Source: Acidobacteriota bacterium
GTDB taxonomy: Bacteria > Acidobacteriota > UBA6911
Assembly (NCBI GenBank): GCA_050011535.1
Contig: JBEKIX010000008.1
Coordinates: forward strand, 9,099-73,098
DNA length: 64,000 nucleotides
Direction: 5' to 3'
The notes beneath the pieces are model-generated. The model was not told where the DNA came from, made no database searches, and saw nothing but the letters and a program-made list of their open reading frames with translations. This document shows, piece by piece, positions 60,795 to 64,000 of the stretch. Numbering within the stretch: position 1 is the stretch's first letter; every line of letters starts with the position of its first letter. The position numbers and the translations under genes are program-made.

Positions 60795-63200
60795 ATGCGA
60801 CCAAGAGTTCTCTTTGGGGTCGTCCTGGCAGGTTGCATCGCCGGTATGTCGTCCGCCGCGGCGCAGCAGCCGCGCGCGCTCAGTGCCGCGGATTATGCGC
60901 ACGCCGAGAAGTTCCTCGCGCAAAACCTCACGCAGCTTGTCATCGGCGGCAGCGTCTTCCCGAACTGGCTCTCGAACGAACGCTTCTGGTACCGCAGCCA
61001 GACCGCCGCCGGATACGAGTTCATCCTTGTCGATCCGGCGAAGCGGTCGCGCGCGCCGGCGTTCGATCATGCCAGGCTCGCGGCAGCGCTCTCCTCCGCC
61101 GCAAATGAGAAGTACGACGCGCACCAGCTTCCCTTCCAGACGATCGAATTCTCAGAGGATGGAACTTCGGTTTCATTTAACGTCGGGACCCACCGGTGGT
61201 CGTGCGATGTCCAGGGGAACGAGTGTGCCGCATCCGGCGACGCCGCCATTGCGCGCGGCGCGGCTCCCGGAGGGCGGGGCGGGGGCCGCGGCGGTCAGGG
61301 TGGCGGGGGCGGACGCGGCGGCGCCGCGGGAAATGCCGTGCCCTCACCGGACGGGAAGCGGGCCGTCTTCATTCGCGACTGGAACCTCTGGATTCGCGAC
61401 GTGGCCACAGGCCAGGAGAGGCAGCTCACCACCGACGGCGTGAAGTACTTCGGCTACGCCACCGATAATGCCGGATGGTCGAGCAGCGACCGCGCGATTG
61501 TCCTCTGGTCGCCCGATTCCAGGAAGATCGCAACCTACCAGCAGGACGAACGCGAGGTCGGCGAAATGTACCTCGTCAGCACACCCGTCAACCCCGTGGG
61601 TCACCCCACCCTTCGAATTTCGAAGTTCCCGCTGCCGGGAGACCCGGTCATGGCGATGCTCCATCGCGTCATCATCGACGCCGACTCGGGGCGCGTCGTC
61701 CGACTTCAGATGCCGCCGGACTACCACCGCGCCACCCTCGGCGACAATTTCAGCCTGCGCGATATGCAGTGGAGCCCGGATACCTCCCAGCTCGCTTTCA
61801 TCTCCACCACGCGCGACCACAAGCAGGCTACACTGCGCGTCGCGGACGCCGCGAGTGGCTCAGTGCGCACGGTTCTCGATGAGAAGGTGGCGACACAGTA
61901 CGAATCCAGGATCGGTTGCCAGGTGCTCTGGGCCACCAACGAGTTTCTCTGGTATTCGGAGCGCGACAACTGGGGACACATCTACCTGTATGATTGGAAC
62001 ACAGGAAAGCTCAAGAACCAGATTACAACCGGTGAAGGCCCCGTGATTCAACTGGTACGCCTCGATCAAAAAACCCGGATCCTCTGGTTCGAGGCGCAGG
62101 GCCGTGAGAAAGGCGAGGATCCATATTTCCGGCACCTCTATCGCATCAACATGGACGGGAAGAACTATGTGTCGCTCACCCCGGATGAAGGCGACCATAC
62201 AGCCCAACTCTCAGCTTCCGGCCGGACCATTATCGACACCTACTCCAAGCCCGATGTGCCGCCGGTGGTCGCGCTCCGCGACGGGGACGGGAAACTCATA
62301 CTGCCGCTCGAGAAGGCTGACATCTCCAAGCTCCTGGCCATGGGTTGGAAGCCGCCGATCGCGGTCAAGATGACGGCGCACGACGGCAAGACGGACATTT
62401 ACGGGTTGATGTTCCACCCGACCAACTTCGATCCGTCGAAGAAATATCCAATCGTCAACAACGTCTATCCCGGCCCGCAGACGGGAAGCACCGGCAGCCG
62501 CTCCTTTAGTGCCGCGCGCGGAGACCGGCAGGCGCTCGCCGAATTAGGATTTATCGTGGTGACGATCGACGGCATGGGCACCCCGGGCCGCTCGAAGGCT
62601 TTCCAGGACGCCTACTATGGCGCCATGGGCCGCGACAATACCATTCCAGACCAGATCGCTGGCATGAAGGAGCTCGCGCAGAAGTATCCCTGGATCGACA
62701 TCGACCACGCCGGCATCTGGGGCCATTCCGGCGGCGGTTTCGCCACAACCACCGCCATGTTCCGATTCCCCGACTTCTTCAAGGTTGGTATAGCCGAGTC
62801 CGGCAACCACGACCAGCGCGTCAATGAGGACGATTGGGGAGAGCGGTACCAAGGCCTGGTGGTGCGCAACGCGGACGGAACGGACAACTACGATGCCGAG
62901 GCCAACGAGAATTTCGCCAAGAACCTCAAGGGCCACCTGCTCCTCGCGCATGGGACCATGGACACCAACGTGCCGCCGTATCAGACGCTCATGATCGTGG
63001 ACGCGCTGATCAAGGCGAACAAGGATTTCGATCTTCTGCTGCTTCCCAATCAGAACCACGGTTACGGCAGCGCGTCGGCGTACATGATGCGACGGCGCTG
63101 GGATTATTTCGTGAAGTGGCTCCTCGGCGCCGAGCCGCCCAAGGAATATCAGATGCAGCAGCCGACAGGCGGCCGCGGAGGAATGCCTCCGAACCATTGA
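60795..63200 (+). CDS. Secreted S9 family dipeptidyl peptidase IV-like protein
   Basis: Signal peptide, beta-propeller (WSPD repeats), GHSGGG Ser, HGTMDTNV Asp, NHG His. Confidence 0.93.
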   Translation: MRPRVLFGVVLAGCIAGMSSAAAQQPRALSAADYAHAEKFLAQNLTQLVIGGSVFPNWLSNERFWYRSQTAAGYEFILVDPAKRSRAPAFDHARLAAALSSAANEKYDAHQLPFQTIEFSEDGTSVSFNVGTHRWSCDVQGNECAASGDAAIARGAAPGGRGGGRGGQGGGGGRGGAAGNAVPSPDGKRAVFIRDWNLWIRDVATGQERQLTTDGVKYFGYATDNAGWSSSDRAIVLWSPDSRKIATYQQDEREVGEMYLVSTPVNPVGHPTLRISKFPLPGDPVMAMLHRVIIDADSGRVVRLQMPPDYHRATLGDNFSLRDMQWSPDTSQLAFISTTRDHKQATLRVADAASGSVRTVLDEKVATQYESRIGCQVLWATNEFLWYSERDNWGHIYLYDWNTGKLKNQITTGEGPVIQLVRLDQKTRILWFEAQGREKGEDPYFRHLYRINMDGKNYVSLTPDEGDHTAQLSASGRTIIDTYSKPDVPPVVALRDGDGKLILPLEKADISKLLAMGWKPPIAVKMTAHDGKTDIYGLMFHPTNFDPSKKYPIVNNVYPGPQTGSTGSRSFSAARGDRQALAELGFIVVTIDGMGTPGRSKAFQDAYYGAMGRDNTIPDQIAGMKELAQKYPWIDIDHAGIWGHSGGGFATTTAMFRFPDFFKVGIAESGNHDQRVNEDDWGERYQGLVVRNADGTDNYDAEANENFAKNLKGHLLLAHGTMDTNVPPYQTLMIVDALIKANKDFDLLLLPNQNHGYGSASAYMMRRRWDYFVKWLLGAEPPKEYQMQQPTGGRGGMPPNH

Positions 63201-63338
63201 GATCGAGGCTATCTGATTGCCTCAATCTCTCTGGGTCATTGAGTGTTGAACCGGAGGGTCGTTGCAGTGCGCCCTAGGCCGTCTATGCGCTGTGCCTAGC
63301 CGGTCGGCGCACTTTGCCCCATGCGGACGGTTCTCTTT

Positions 63339-63738
63339 GCCCCGGAGGGGCAGAGAGACAGTAGCCGGGGGCGGCGCCGCTCTGCGGCTTGCCCCCGGTT
63401 GGTCATGCGATGACAGATAGCCCTCCTAAGCACGACAGACGGTGTCCACATCACCATAGATATCGCTCGTCAAAATCAATGCCGCTTTGGCGCAGAAGAA
63501 TCCGATTTTAGTTCCAGCATAATCTCAGCCAGACAGTGAGTCGCTTTGAGACTGGCCAGAATGTGAATATGGTCGGTAGCCCCTCCGATGGTTTCCGCAA
63601 TCGCTCCCAATCCTCGAAGGATGCCGCCCAGATAGGCGTGTAGTGTGGCCTCTGGCCGGGGCTCTTTAATGGCGGGCATACCTTACCCCGGGCGGCGCTT
63701 CGCTTGCCCGGAGCTACTGTCTCTGACCCCTCCGGGGC
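63339..63738. mobile_element. Decayed REP-flanked HuH (IS200/RAYT-like) element
   Basis: Ends GCCCCGGAGGGG-N2/3-AGAGACAGTAGC in inverted orientation at 63339-63365 and 63713-63738, each with an adjacent GC hairpin, enclosing a transposase fragment. Confidence 0.75.
63476..63679 (-). pseudogene. Fragment of a Y1/HuH transposase (IS200/IS605 TnpA or RAYT)
   Basis: LHAYLGGI..IGGATDHIHIL..LKSDSS with the HuH motif; lacks the N-terminal strand and the C-terminal catalytic Tyr helix. Confidence 0.8.
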
Positions 63739-63831
63739 GGGGCGTTTGGTCTGCTCGGGAGACTGTTGTTCTCCTCGGGGGTTAGCGCGTAGAGGGGAGT
63801 GTATTACCGCTAAAGTGCATTACGGGAGTCG

Positions 63832-64000
63832 CTACCTGGGCGGGCGCGACTTCGGGGATGAAGGCGCGGGAGGCAGATTGAATAACAGGATCGTATAGCC
63901 AATCCTGGCTGCGGGCTCTAGACCTGCCAGCCATCGGTTACAGTCCCAGTGCATGGCAGTCGCGCTGACTGCAATCGGTTCGTTGCTTCGCAGCGCCAAA
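63832..64000 (-). CDS. 3' end of a gene, probably a GT-C (GT39/ArnT-like) membrane glycosyltransferase
   Basis: Manual translation ...IAVSATAMHWDCNRWLAGLEPAARIGYTILLFNL...PR*; AVSAT..WL..EP.ARIGY resembles C-termini I recall from this family. Not in the ORF track. Confidence 0.45.
   Translation of the reverse strand, partial: LALRSNEPIAVSATAMHWDCNRWLAGLEPAARIGYTILLFNLPPAPSSPKSRPPR

Overview
About 64 kb of a moderately GC-rich diderm bacterial chromosome. Gene order and protein styles suggest Acidobacteriota (inference). Most of the window is core genome: CIRCE-controlled groES-groEL; an ATP synthase operon (b'-b-delta-alpha-gamma-beta-epsilon, without a and c); folE and queA; the rplU-rpmA-obgE-nadD-rsfS-rlmH-dksA-comF string; a ychF-TamA/BamA-SurA-like-TamB operon followed by an OmpR-family two-component pair; the dcw cluster mraZ to ftsZ with a PlpD-like patatin gene attached; a rhomboid protease; rph-rdgB-tRNA-Pro(TGG). 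After the tRNA comes a more accessory tail: a Cpx-like module whose response regulator has an internal deletion and frameshift, a Phd/RelE-type toxin-antitoxin pair, a DPP-IV peptidase and a decayed HuH transposase between REP-like inverted repeats. Two partial genes missing from the ORF track sit at the edges: a cis-prenyltransferase (uppS-like) at 1-145 and a probable GT-C glycosyltransferase tail at 63832-64000. I found no CRISPR array, prophage, integrase or rRNA, and no clearly new multi-gene system. The best leads are small and moderate in strength: a regulated uppS-like operon with a perfect palindrome, an orphan anti-sigma operon with an ECF-type promoter, the broken CpxR-like gene, the dcw-linked phospholipase and several intergenic repeat types. 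All calls come from reading motifs by eye; no searches were run.
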